Origin: Gnetum montanum
Lineage: Eukaryota > Plantae > Gnetophyta
Assembly: GCA_015680685.1 (NCBI GenBank)
Contig: MNCI01002829.1
Coordinates: 1 to 64,000, forward strand
Reading direction: 5' to 3'
Length of the DNA: 64,000 bases
Position numbers and translations under genes: made by a program. The notes beneath the pieces were generated by a model that saw nothing but the letters and a program-made list of their open reading frames with translations, did not search any database and was not told the DNA's origin. Positions 34,220 to 46,284 of this stretch are shown here, in pieces (the stretch's first letter is position 1; every line of letters starts with the position of its first letter).

Positions 34220-37200
34220 GTAGGATTCAAACCATATTTCCTCCCCCACTTTATCGTTCATCTATCGTAAGAGTTCTTCTATTAGAATAAACCGTGAGAC
34301 ACTTTATCACAAATTTCTAATGAATTCTGGAACCTTTCTTAGGAATTACGTGTATGTGGAAGAATGCGTTACGAAAGGTATTTTGAATTGCTGTTCTGAA
34401 TCCTCCCACGTGTTTAGAAGAAATCATAACCGGAAAATCCTGAATTGATGGTGAATGCTCAAATCTTTCAACGTAATCTGTAAGAAAATCTCTTAGGAAG
34501 AACCATAACATCAGTGTCGTAAATTTCTGGCGCATCTTCATTTTATCTTTGGATTCCTCTTATTCCCATCGATGCAAAGGTTGACCAAGGTTTTTAGACA
34601 TACTGGTCGATTCATCTCATTTCAGTACCTTCTCAATGCTATTATACTTGCGTTTCCCGAAATTATCGGGAAACATTTGCATGAAACAACATTTTATATG
34701 GAACCTTGCGTAGGACCGTGGAGAGGTTCCATACCGCCAGTATTTGACTTTTTCTGAGAATCTTGCATGGTTATTGCCTTATTGCCTGCAACGTCTGTTA
34801 CGCCAGCATGATCCCTTGAGGAATCGTGTTGATTCAAACAAAGGATTAGACAGCCAGGAAGAATGGGTTTAGTGCCTTAGACAATCTGGCCAAACCATGT
34901 GAAATGGCGCATTGATTTTCCTATTGCGCACGTCCACGTTATACCTGCCTAAATATATTTGTTTTTCAGCCGTTTACGGTCCGTTTTTCAAAGGAAACGA
35001 GAATCCCTATCAACCAGAGGATAAGAAGGTTGATTCTTGTGAAATTCATTGACAGCTTCCAGACACCGAGCATGCATTTTCTCCTTCGACTATATACAGT
35101 TAATCGGCACGATCCTTAATTACTTATGTCGGTGTGTTTATTTTAAGCAACCGGTATGACAACAGGTGCCGTGTACAACATGAAATTGAAATTATAGAAG
35201 AGTCTCTAAGAAACGTAATTTCACTTAGGTTAACCAATTGGCAGGCCGAGCTTCAAAATCCAATCTTATAGAATGCCATTTTTCTTAATTCGGATAGTGC
35301 TTTCATCAGGTTTTAAAAACCGCGTGCGGATCGATTCATTCTTCCTAAATGGATAATAAACAGTGAATCTAGATTGCTTGCAACTGTACCGCGTCTACAA
35401 GATGGTTCAGGACACTAAAATTATCGCCCACCTAACACAGGACGATACATTAGTTTGTGCTAGAATAGAAATTTAGATTGGAAACATGCATTATAAGGTT
35501 AATGAGAAATTTGGATTGTGAATCTGAAAGTCGTAAACTTTGATTGCAAGTTGTAGGAACTGAACAAATTTTCTTCAGAATTTTATTCTGCTTTCTATGG
35601 TTACAGACCACGTAGGAGTGGTCGCGGTATAAAAAATTTTGCTGATCCCTGATTCGTTCTCTAGCTTTCTGTTGCTGCTGAAAAATGAAATGGATTTTTC
35701 GATATAACAAGGAACTCAATTCTAGGAAAATCAATGAAATACCGCATGTAGAAAATTGCAGTTATCGTCTTTCGGTAGTTACTTAGAACTGGGTATAATC
35801 AGATAGATAAAATTTTGAAAATGCCGAATGTGTTGGTTTTAGAATCCAGGGGTGTAAGCTGTTGGACTAGGTTAGCTTTGGACCCTAACTTTGTGTAACC
35901 CCGTCCGGTTTTACCACCTTGAAAACCCAGCAATAACAATTCTAATGTTTGCAAAGTAATTTGGAATGTACCTTAGCATTTTCTGTCATTGGTTTATAAC
36001 TTTTACGTTTTAATAAGATATCGTATTTATTCCATCCGCATGAGAATCTAAACAAACGGGAACAAGCCCGCCCCTTTGGCATGCAGCCAGGCAAATCAAT
36101 CTTGCCTTTGCCATTGCTAAATGATATAGCCTGAAGTAGCTTTTGCAGAAGAGAACTTGTTACTACGTGATTTGCCATCCCACTAATAGATGAGGAAGAA
36201 GATAATGCCATAATGAAATAATGCAAGTTAAAATTTTGACCTTGATTAGTTTTTGTTGGGGTTTTTGGATGCTAATTGAATTTTTTTTCTTTTTCGTAAT
36301 AACATTGAACAAGGGTATTAAAAAATAGTCCAAAATGCAAATTGATTGCATCTTTGTATTGGACAAAAATGAGCCTTAGCTTTTTGAACATAAACATGTC
36401 TTCCTATGAGCAAGTTAGCTTTGTTAGTCTTATAAGTTGTGTGATCCCTTTGTGATATTCATTCTCTTCACAAAGTTAGCTTAAACTTGTAGTGGAAAAG
36501 TTAAGAAACAAAACAAATCATCATCATTTAGGGTTGACTAATAAATCAACAAAGCAAAAAATCACTAATTGAGCAACATTTGATTAATTAAAAATCTTAT
36601 CTTAATTAACGAATCATTCATTATCAAATATAATTGTCTTTTTCGTGCTTAAATAAACTTGGTATTAAATAATGATTTTTAAATTTATCAAAATTGAAAT
36701 TGTGCCTATAGCCTAGGTTACATAGCCAATATGATAGTGTAACATAGGTAATAATGTGAGGGTGTTTTAAGCAGTAGACTTTGACAAGTAAATAAAAATT
36801 GAAATGAGAGATATAACCTCAAAAATCAACGAACACTAGGTAGGGAAGATCTTGCTAGTTGGAATCAAACTTAAGGCATTAACCTCATAATGTTTGTGAA
36901 TAGTTTTTTTCAACTTCTTTAAGCATTTTTGACCTTGCCACATACTTCATCAAGCTTCTAATTAGCATACTCCCACCTCTAATAGGTGGCTAAAGTGATT
37001 AGCTCATTATCTTGTTTGGGAAGAGGCCGTTAATTCAAGTCACACTTAAGATATCTTTATAGTCCTCTATAATTTTTCTAATGTATTTGTTTTATTAGGT
37101 ACATGCCTAAGGATGTAACTATAGTTAAATTATTTTTAGTTTTAATAGCCTCCTTCAAATTAGCATACTCCTTGTAATCTAGTCTATTTGTGCCCTACCA

Positions 37201-38191
37201 AGGGTGGTGGAGGCATGTTAACTATACAAGATTAGCTTCCCAACTAGATAACTATATCTACTGTTTGGACATATGTCTAACTCAAAACTTTAGTAGAACT
37301 CAATTAAATCACCATATTCATTGAAATTGAACTTGTAACTTGCAAACCACAAGTTGCATGTTGTAATCCATAGAAAAATACATCAATGACTTAGAATCAA
37401 ACCTATGGTATGCAAACCATAAGTTGCATGCTCTATTAATTAAATAAGTGATGCCTCATTAACTCTTATCCTAGTAGGATCATCTACCAAAGCCTCAATG
37501 CTCATCCCAATAAGTGGATGAGTGAAAACCTAACCTTTTTGAAAGGTTGTGCCCAAGCTTGAACCTACTTCTTCCAACTTGAGAATCAAGCACCTATCAT
37601 CCCTTTAAATGATGATTCCTACTAGTTCTACTCTTAGTATTTTCTAAAAATATTTATGAAATTTAAAGTATTAGTTTTAAAATTGAAAAGACCTTTCTTA
37701 GACATTATTATTTATATTAGACCTTCTTCCTTCTTTCTATGCACCTTAAACACATAGTAATGCAACATATATGTAAATGCCTTTTGAACTTTTAAATAGG
37801 GATGAAAATGGACTGGGCTTAGGTGGGTTCATGGTGGATCCAAACTTAGACATAAACCTTATTAGTAAACAAATTTAAAATTAGTATCAACATTGCAATG
37901 ATTAGGTAAGATCTAAGAGGTCAATGATAGTTTATGCTTGTAGTGTATACTTCAACTTAAACCTCTCGTAGTACTATAATACTTTACTAGTAATTAGGCA
38001 ATAATAACATAGTAGTAATCACTAATGAGAGTGTATCTCAACTGATGAGCTTGTTTTGTTATTGTAGGTTGATGATTTTAGTTGTCTTGAAATAGTTTTT
38101 GCTCAAGTTCTATCAAAAGTATTTTGTTGGTTATATGACCTATGGGTACACACAATTAGGTTTTGATTCCAACAATGTAGAGAAGCACCAA

Positions 38192-38751
38192 GTAGAATTT
38201 GAGTGGTACATTCAAAAGTAATATTAATAATGCTCAACAAAGAACATAGTGGGTTGGTAAGCATGCAAGAAACATCATATGATTAATGCAAGTGCATTAG
38301 TGCGATTCAACTTAGACAAATAATAATAGCACATCAAACGTGGTAGTAAGTAGTAATAATTCAACAAAAACTTAATGTAGACTATTATACAGGAAACTAT
38401 AAATTGAGCTTAGAGTTTGAGTTTACCACTTTATATATGCTATCATTAGCATTTTTATATGATTTTTAAAGGTAGAATTTGAGTGGTACATTCGAAAGTA
38501 ATATTAATAATGCTCAACAAAGAACATAGTGGGTTGGTAAGCATGCAAGAAACATCATATGATTAATGCAAGTGCATTAGTGCGATTCAACTTAGAGAAA
38601 TAATAATAGCACATCAAACGTGGTATTAAGTAGTAATAATTCAACAAAAACTTAATTTAGACTATTATACATGAAACTATAAATTGAGCTTAGAGTTTGA
38701 GTTTACCACTTTATATATGCTATCATTAGCATTTTTATATGATTTTTTAAG
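38192..38751. repeat. Near-identical 2 x 280-bp tandem duplication in intron 3
   Basis: GTAGAATTTGAGTGGTACATTC starts at 38192 and 38472; only a handful of substitutions. Confidence 0.95.
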
Positions 38752-39843
38752 GGGAATTATTCTTTACTTCTAACGGAACAAGATCCTAATAAAAAATCAC
38801 CCTAAAAATATTATGTTGATCACAAGTTGTGATTAGTGTTTTAACATATTGTTGATCTATTAATCTATCAACTAATTCAATTCCATTTATGATTTAGGTA
38901 GGTTTATATATCTTTCAAGGTACAGGTTATCATTTGGAATGATGCTAAGATGCTTGTTTCTCAAGTTGTAAGGTTATCATGTCCTTTTTGCCCTTAGTTA
39001 CACACGCTATAATGATTAGGCTTAGAGTGCTATAACTCCTAGTTTCAAGTTTGGGTACAACACTTGAAAAGAAGTTGCACTTTTGCTTATTTCTTGGCCT
39101 TCTCAGAATCTATCTAGTGAGGTCAACATTGAACCTCTAAGGGATAACCTTAGCAATGATAAAAGCTGCAAAAAATACAGATATACAGCAGCAATACTGC
39201 CTGTATACCTTTTAGGTACCATCATTTTATAAAGTTGATTGTTCCTTCTTTAATCTTTATATAATTGTCACATGATAATTTTAATTATCATTGTTTTTTC
39301 TATGGAGGGCTAGGTTATGAGTGACACTTAAAAAGATTTGTTAAATTTTTATTAGATTTATTTATATAATACCTTTATATATGTGGACTTTACCATTCTT
39401 TATAATTCATCATTTTTTTCAACATCTCCTTCTTTTGAAGGACATCAATGATAATAAAAATAGAATACTATATATATATGTGTGTGCGTTATATTATCAA
39501 TAGGTTTTTGTTGTAAAAAAATTTTACAATATTGACTTAATGGCAACAGGCTTAACTAAAGGGTTGGTTAATATTAAACTAGTGTTAAAAAATTATTTAA
39601 TATTTATATTTAATAATGTTATTTTTTAGATATCATATAATTTAGTTTTACTCTTACATAATTTTAATTCTTAGGAGTATTCTTCATACAACTCTTGTGA
39701 CAAAATAAATGAAATATCTTTTAATCATTTAATTTTCAAATGTTTTTTAAAAATTAGTTAATAAGACATCTTGTAACTATCATTGAAATAGTATTTATAT
39801 AATGTCTATATTATTTTATTTTATTTTATTTTTTGTTGAACAG

Positions 39844-40062
39844 GTTGAAATAAGTTGCAGAGGACAATTACTATTATCTTCTTTAACATTGCAACATGTT
39901 AGAGATGTTGTATGGCTGTCTAGATTCAAGGATGACAATGTTCCTATCAAATTTATTAACTCTTATGAGAATGTTAACAATTCTTTTGATCTTTCTAATC
40001 ACATGATGGTCCTCCATTATACAAGAAGTCATTCCAAAGAATTTGTAAATGCATGTTCCTAA
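39844..40062 (+). CDS. LAX2: LAX2-like terminal coding exon 4 (VEISCRGQLLLSSLTLQHVRDVVWL...HMMVLHYTR...stop)
   Basis: Long T-tract plus ACAG acceptor, phase 0; VEI.CRGQ.L...LTLQHVRD..W and M.L.Y.R complete the RAWUL domain; TAA at 40060-40062; intron 3 = 5624 bp. Confidence 0.9.
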   Translation, partial: VEISCRGQLLLSSLTLQHVRDVVWLSRFKDDNVPIKFINSYENVNNSFDLSNHMMVLHYTRSHSKEFVNACS

Positions 40063-41349
40063 CCATTTTTGGATTATACAAGGAAGTTAAAAACTTACTT
40101 GAGTATTGTTTGTATAACTTTGAAGCCATTTTTTTCATGGCACTGTTCTTTTCAAAAAGAAGCAATGATTTCCATGGAACCAATGTATAAGCTATATATC
40201 ACATTGATTTAATAATAGATGTCATATTTTGAATATAATGTATACTTTAAACAATTGATGACACTTTAAATAATTGATGAAAGTTGTGGAAGTTTGATAT
40301 GATCTAGCTAAAGAGTAGAAGTATTAAAAAGAAGTTATTTATGTGTTGGTTTTAGGGATAAAATAATGGATATTTATTAAAGCAAAAAATTTGATCATTG
40401 ATGTTTACAATGAACATTTTGAAACTTGTGTTTCTCATAGTTTACAATTTACTCATTAATAAATGGATTATAAACCTAATGATGATTGCTTGCTTTTATT
40501 TTACATATTTCTGTTCTTTGCTATGGTTATGCATATTTTTGCATGAACAATGTTTATCATTACGAATCATGATTAAAAATTACCTTTGGTTAATGAGAGT
40601 ATTATCATCTATTTTTGAAATTAATTTTTTTGAAAAGTATTTTTTAGGGTAGTTAATTTATTATATAGTATACAAAAAACACCATAATCAATTTTAACTC
40701 TAAGCACACCTCTAGTTTAGGTGGGTATTGTCACTTGTAATTAAATAATTCAACTTATCCACACTAGAGATCTTGGGGCAAAAATCCAATAGTGTACTAC
40801 ACGCCACTTCTTCTTATCATCATCCCTCCCTCAGGCCACAAAATTGTGGCCCCTTAATGCCAAATGCAAGGTTGGAGGCATTATTCTAGGTAGATAACAT
40901 TCATCATGAAATTCTCCAAAATAAATGTAAATTATTGAAGTAGAGACCAAAATCTATCATGTAATCGTATCTCTCTCTTAAGAAAAGGTGACTCATTGAA
41001 GTAGATCAAAATTTATGCTAATCATTTGATTCCCACAAAAATCAATTATTATAGCTTCCAAGTGAATTTTAACTTATGAAGCTACATGCAACCTAGGTTT
41101 TGGATTTTTTATTTTAATAAGATTTCTTTGTTGTCTTTATTATTCCTTTGGTGTATTTGGAATTATTTTTTATTTTTCTAGGTCATTGGATGGGATTTTA
41201 TTACTAGCATACCAATCTAATGTAATGCTACTATGACTTTGCTAGGTTTTTAATATAATATTACTCCCTTTTACTTTAAAAAGCTTAATTATTTTGCATA
41301 TTAATTGATGAGGAAGTATGCCCAATGCCCAACCAAATGATCTACAAAC

Positions 41350-42300
41350 ATTGTAGTAGACCATGTCATAATCCATAAAAAAACTAGTTTTAAAGTATAG
41401 TATAGTTGGGTAATCACAAGTCATTATCATTTCACTTAAACTAGTAATGGTCCTTATACTCTTGTATGATTTAGTCTAGGTGAGGCATATGAGAGTTAAT
41501 GTTGTGTAACCATGATTGAACTAATTAAAAACATAGAAATTAATTATTTAGTCTAATTATGTAACATAGAAATCCTAAACTAGGCTACGACAATGAGTGT
41601 ATGTTCCCTATCTTCTTGTTATATTCTAAACTTGTGTAACACTGCTAGCATTATCATGCATTATGCTACTCAGCAAACCAAGGAATAATGCTATTAGGAT
41701 TGCCAAGAGAATACACATTTTTGCTCAAGATTGGGTTGTGCTCATTTTACCAATTAGTCAACATGTAATGAGGTGTTAGGTTACTAGTAAGAATCTTGGC
41801 TTGATAAGCATAGGTTGTAGGTTTGATTCTACTAGGAAACACCAAGTTATAAATTTAAAAAAAAAATTGAAAAAAAAATTTGAAACTAGTCCAATGGATC
41901 CAAAGGATCTCAATGGACATAAGTAAGAGAGTTTCTATTTTGGTTTTACTAATTTGAATAAGAAAATAAATGATGAGTGCAAGTAACATTAAGGTAAGTT
42001 AGAGTATGTAAATGATCCATTTTGATCTAATTATTGTTCATAAATTACATCTAGGTACAGTCCACTTAAATAAGATTCTACATAATAAACTCAATCCCAT
42101 AGATAACAAACTCAATTCCACACATGTGGGGCACTTGCTTACTATTTGATAAACTACGAAAAGAAATTGCATGAGCTTTGCTACAATTATGATCAAAAGT
42201 GTCATAAATGCACTAGGTAGCCCATATTAATAGGGATTTACTCAAATCAGGACATCACAATTGCAACTTTGTAGCAAGGGCTACAATACGATGGTTAATG
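41350..42300 (-). repeat. Very decayed, fragmented LTR-like remnant of the Athila-like family
   Basis: GTGAGGCATATGA..GTTGTGTAACC and CTAGGTACAGTCCACTTAAATAAGA resemble 44550-44740. Confidence 0.45.
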
Positions 42301-42449
42301 ATATAGATAATTTAATTTTTCATCATTAATCTACTCACCGTTTCCCTCCTTATTTTAGAGTATAAAATAATTTTAACATTTTCATCATTATTTTTTACAA
42401 AGGAAAATAAGGCAATAAAGTATCTTAAAGATAATTAAATCATAACATC

Positions 42450-43400
42450 AAACATTTATCAAAATTTAGATTCTACTAGAATCCAAAGCCAACTAGAACT
42501 TGATGATAATACCAAGATGTTAATGTTCATCAAGAACTATAGAGGTATTTGTGGTAGGTTAGCAATGTCTCATAGAGCACACCTAAGGACTAAGAAAGCC
42601 ATCCCATCAAGGCATCTTATACATCATCTTTGACATCTAAGGTGGTGTGCTACCTTAGATGTCATGTTATTTCCATCCCATCTAAAAGTGATGTCCAACA
42701 TTAGACATTGTGTTACTTTCATCTGCACTAACTTTAGGGCCAAAAATTTTGGGTCCTTCTTACCTATGAATAGAAATCCCAGCCTCATTATCTCATCTTT
42801 TAGCAACTACAATGATCCTTCTTCTAGAATTTTCAAAGCACGATGTAATCTAACATTATCTTTTCATAAAGCTTCTACTTCATCTTACAATGTATTTTTA
42901 ACGTCATCATTCAATAAAGATTCATGGAGAAATCTTGAAAGTTGTCTAAGCCCTTCTTTAACATCTCAAATGTTGTAATTGAGATCACATCACTTTTGTT
43001 AAGTTTTTTCATTTGTTCAACTATAAGGTCTAAAGAAAATAATAAATAATTTATGTTGATATAAGTGAACATACAAATATTGTGTTTAGGCAACACTGTA
43101 GTACATGTACGCACCATGGTTTAATTTTAATATGCTTTGGAACAAATTTCATTAAAAGAAAATGACAAATCTCTAGTTAATCTTTGTATGAGCTATTTAA
43201 ACTACCAATGTTAGTTCTATGGAATTATATAGAAGATATATTCAAGTTATATGCCTATTGGACACATTTATTATACTCAAGATTTATTACTATTGTTGTG
43301 TTTTGAACAAGTTCATTTGCTTGACAAATTCTTTAGATCTACATCGATGTAATAAAATATCAATAATATGTTATACAATTCCAAGATAATGGTAAACATT
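42450..43400 (-). pseudogene. Possible hAT transposase remnant
   Basis: Minus-strand LMLDITFRWDGNNMTSKVA resembles the hAT LxLDVxTRWNSTYxML motif; no TIRs identified. Confidence 0.35.
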
Positions 43401-44379
43401 TTGTAAGATATGTATCAAATATTTCTTATTCTTCCCATTGATCATTATTGTTTACAAGCACAAGTCTAAGAGTATTTATAGGTATAAAGTAATCATTATA
43501 AAATTTGAGAAAAGACATAATAATTAGTTAAGAATAAACTAACCAATGAGCATACTTATTAAACATCATTATAAAGGTGATATCACTATAATAATGTAAG
43601 CATAAGTTCACAATGATCCCTTCATATAAATCTCTTTTGAATGTTGAGATTGATAACATATACCAAATCCTTCACACCACCTTGCAAGCTAAACAATCAA
43701 CTATATAACTAATAATAACATGACTTTAAAATCTTATCATTAAAAAAAAGATACAATCACTTAGACTTTCTTCACAATACCATAACAAGAATAAAGAACT
43801 TTTATTTCCTTGATAACATTTGTGAAGTAAATTACTCAATGGAAAGTCCTTATAAAAATCATTTAAAACAAGCACTATTGGTTTTAGAGACCAATACTAT
43901 TCTTAAATAGTAAAATAGAATACAAAATATGTGGTAATAATGATGAGCATCTTCTTTCTTCGAACGTGATAGGTCATAAATTATTTTGGATTTAAAGTTT
44001 TTTTAAAATAATAAAAAGAATAACTAGAGATATTATGGGTATAATCTCTTTAAAAATATATTATAACATAACAAAAAAATTATCACCATTCAAGAAAGAA
44101 ACTAGCTTGTCATAGAAAAGTAAAACTTAAAACCTTACTATCAAATACGAAGATGCTCAGCTGATGAGATACAAATGAGAGATTGCAAAACAAGTATCAT
44201 CATTCATTAGCAAATGAATCTATATCTATGCTCATAAAATTTTGGAACATGCTAGATGATTATTCTTCCCTAGACTCAAGAGCTATATCTTTCATCATCG
44301 ACTTAGAAGTTGGTTTTTCACTTAACAGTGGTGGGACATCAAGAGTAAGACCCATATTCTCCTTCTAACTAGGGTTGGT

Positions 44380-45130
44380 TGTTCACAAATATCATTAAAT
44401 ATAATTTGAAGTGAGAGTGAACTTACAGTTGAAATGCACAATTTGGTTGAATTCCATGGATGGAACTAGTGTGGTATCTAAATTGTTAAGCATTGATCGC
44501 AGCTCATTATCTTCACTCTTAGACTAGTGGTAGCTTTATCATGTATGGTTTAGTCCGTAGTGAGGCATATGATTATTGACATTGTGCAACCCTTAACCTA
44601 ATTGAATAATTAATTATTTAATTAATTGAAAGTAAATCTATTCTAGGTCAAAGTGCTGCAATGAATATGAATCAATCTCAATTTTATTGTCATTTATGAA
44701 ATGTATCTAGGTACAATGCCACTCGAATAAGACTTCATATAATTGACTTAAATCCACACTGTAAATAATCACTAACTATTCTCTAGGATTACAAAATAAA
44801 ATTCCAAGAGTCTAGCTACTCTATTGACCAAATTGTGCCGAATATGTGATGGGTGCTCGCATATTTATAGGAGAATATAGGTATTGCATCAACAAGGATG
44901 CATTAATGCATTTAGCTACATCAACGGGGATGCATCAATGAGGATGCATTGATGAGGTTGTATCAACACATCTAAGATGTGTTGCCTATTAATGCATCAA
45001 TGCATTTTCATCCACACATATGTGTTGATGCATCTAAGATGCATCAATAGGGATGCATCGACGAAGTTTCTTGACATATCATGTCTCATCATACCCCCAC
45101 GATTGACTAAAAACTCATCCTCGAGTTATA
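44380..45130 (-). mobile_element. 3' LTR (left edge approximate, terminus 45091) plus PPT of an older minus-strand Athila-like copy
   Basis: CTCATCA followed by TACCCCCACGATTGACTAAAAACTCATCCTCGAG, the same PPT-flank sequence as at 54115-54144 and 63890-63925; TATA at ~44861; GATGCATCAATG-type U3 repeats. Confidence 0.7.
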
Positions 45131-45367
45131 TATAAATAGATGAAGTGTCCTTATAAAAATTATGTAGTGACCAAGACTAGATTGGCTACCATTACAAAAT
45201 TAGAGTGTTGCATTACAAAATTTTATTCAAGTGGATGTATTACAAAATGACGAAAAGGCTAGACAGACGTCAAAGTTTGTAAAATTATAGAGATCTTCAA
45301 AAATCCAATGAAGATGAATCTTCTTGTTGTCATTAACAGTGGCAGACTTTTCAAACTTGATTGTTAT

Positions 45368-45974
45368 TGATGAGAGTGGTTACTCTAGCGGTTTATTCTA
45401 ATTATTAGAGAAGTTACTCTGGTAGTTTATTCTAATTATTAGAGAAGTTACTCTGGTAGTTTATTCTAATTATTAGAGTGGTTACTCTAGTGGTTTTTTT
45501 AGCAGTTATTCTAATTATTAGAGCGGTTACTCTAATTATTAGAGTAGTTGCTTCCAAGTCTATAAATATAGTGCCCAAGTGCATAATTAGAGAAGTCTTT
45601 TAGCAATCAAGTAGTGAAACTCTTGTAGTTTGTTTGAAAGTTAGAGTATTTTTCAGGTGCCTACAATAGGACGTCTAAGTGTGGATGGATCTTTATTTGA
45701 GCATTGTGTACCTGAGCACATGTTGTGTATGGCAATAAAGACGAGCTCTTTGATTCATCCTTGCAACACTTGAGATTTTTTTTCTTACACATTTGTTTTA
45801 TTTTATTTTCTTATGCATTTATTTTATTTTATGCACTTTACATTTATGTTATTAGCACAACAATTCATTTTGATCAATTAAGCAAATCATTAAATTACAC
45901 AAGCACAACCACTTCGAGCATGCATGTAATGCTTGGTAACCTAGTAACGATTAATGTTTGGTAATCCCAGTAGT
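45368..45974 (+). repeat. 5' LTR of copy C (runs into N-gap), with ~32-bp U3 tandem repeats and TATA at 45561
   Basis: Colinear with 54145-54727. Confidence 0.9.
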
Positions 45975-46284
45975 NNNNNNNNNNNNNNNNNNNNNNNNNN
46001 NNNNNNNNNNNNNNNNNNNNNNNNNNNNNNNNNNNNNNNNNNNNNNNNNNNNNNNNNNNNNNNNNNNNNNNNNNNNNNNNNNNNNNNNNNNNNNNNNNNN
46101 NNNNNNNNNNNNNNNNNNNNNNNNNNNNNNNNNNNNNNNNNNNNNNNNNNNNNNNNNNNNNNNNNNNNNNNNNNNNNNNNNNNNNNNNNNNNNNNNNNNN
46201 NNNNNNNNNNNNNNNNNNNNNNNNNNNNNNNNNNNNNNNNNNNNNNNNNNNNNNNNNNNNNNNNNNNNNNNNNNNNNNNNNNCG

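Larger units (their letters stand above)
23520..36170. promoter_or_regulatory. CpG-retaining, GC-richer, microsatellite-rich island holding the promoter, 5' region and exons 1-3 of the host gene
   Basis: Abrupt switch from AT-rich CG-depleted DNA to frequent CG; many RY (CATGCA), (GA)n and ACGT-core motifs; no recognisable TE inside. Confidence 0.75.

Noticed and set aside
41765-41843. tRNA-like sequence ending in ACCA
   Set aside because: No intact cloverleaf; at most a decayed tRNA or SINE head
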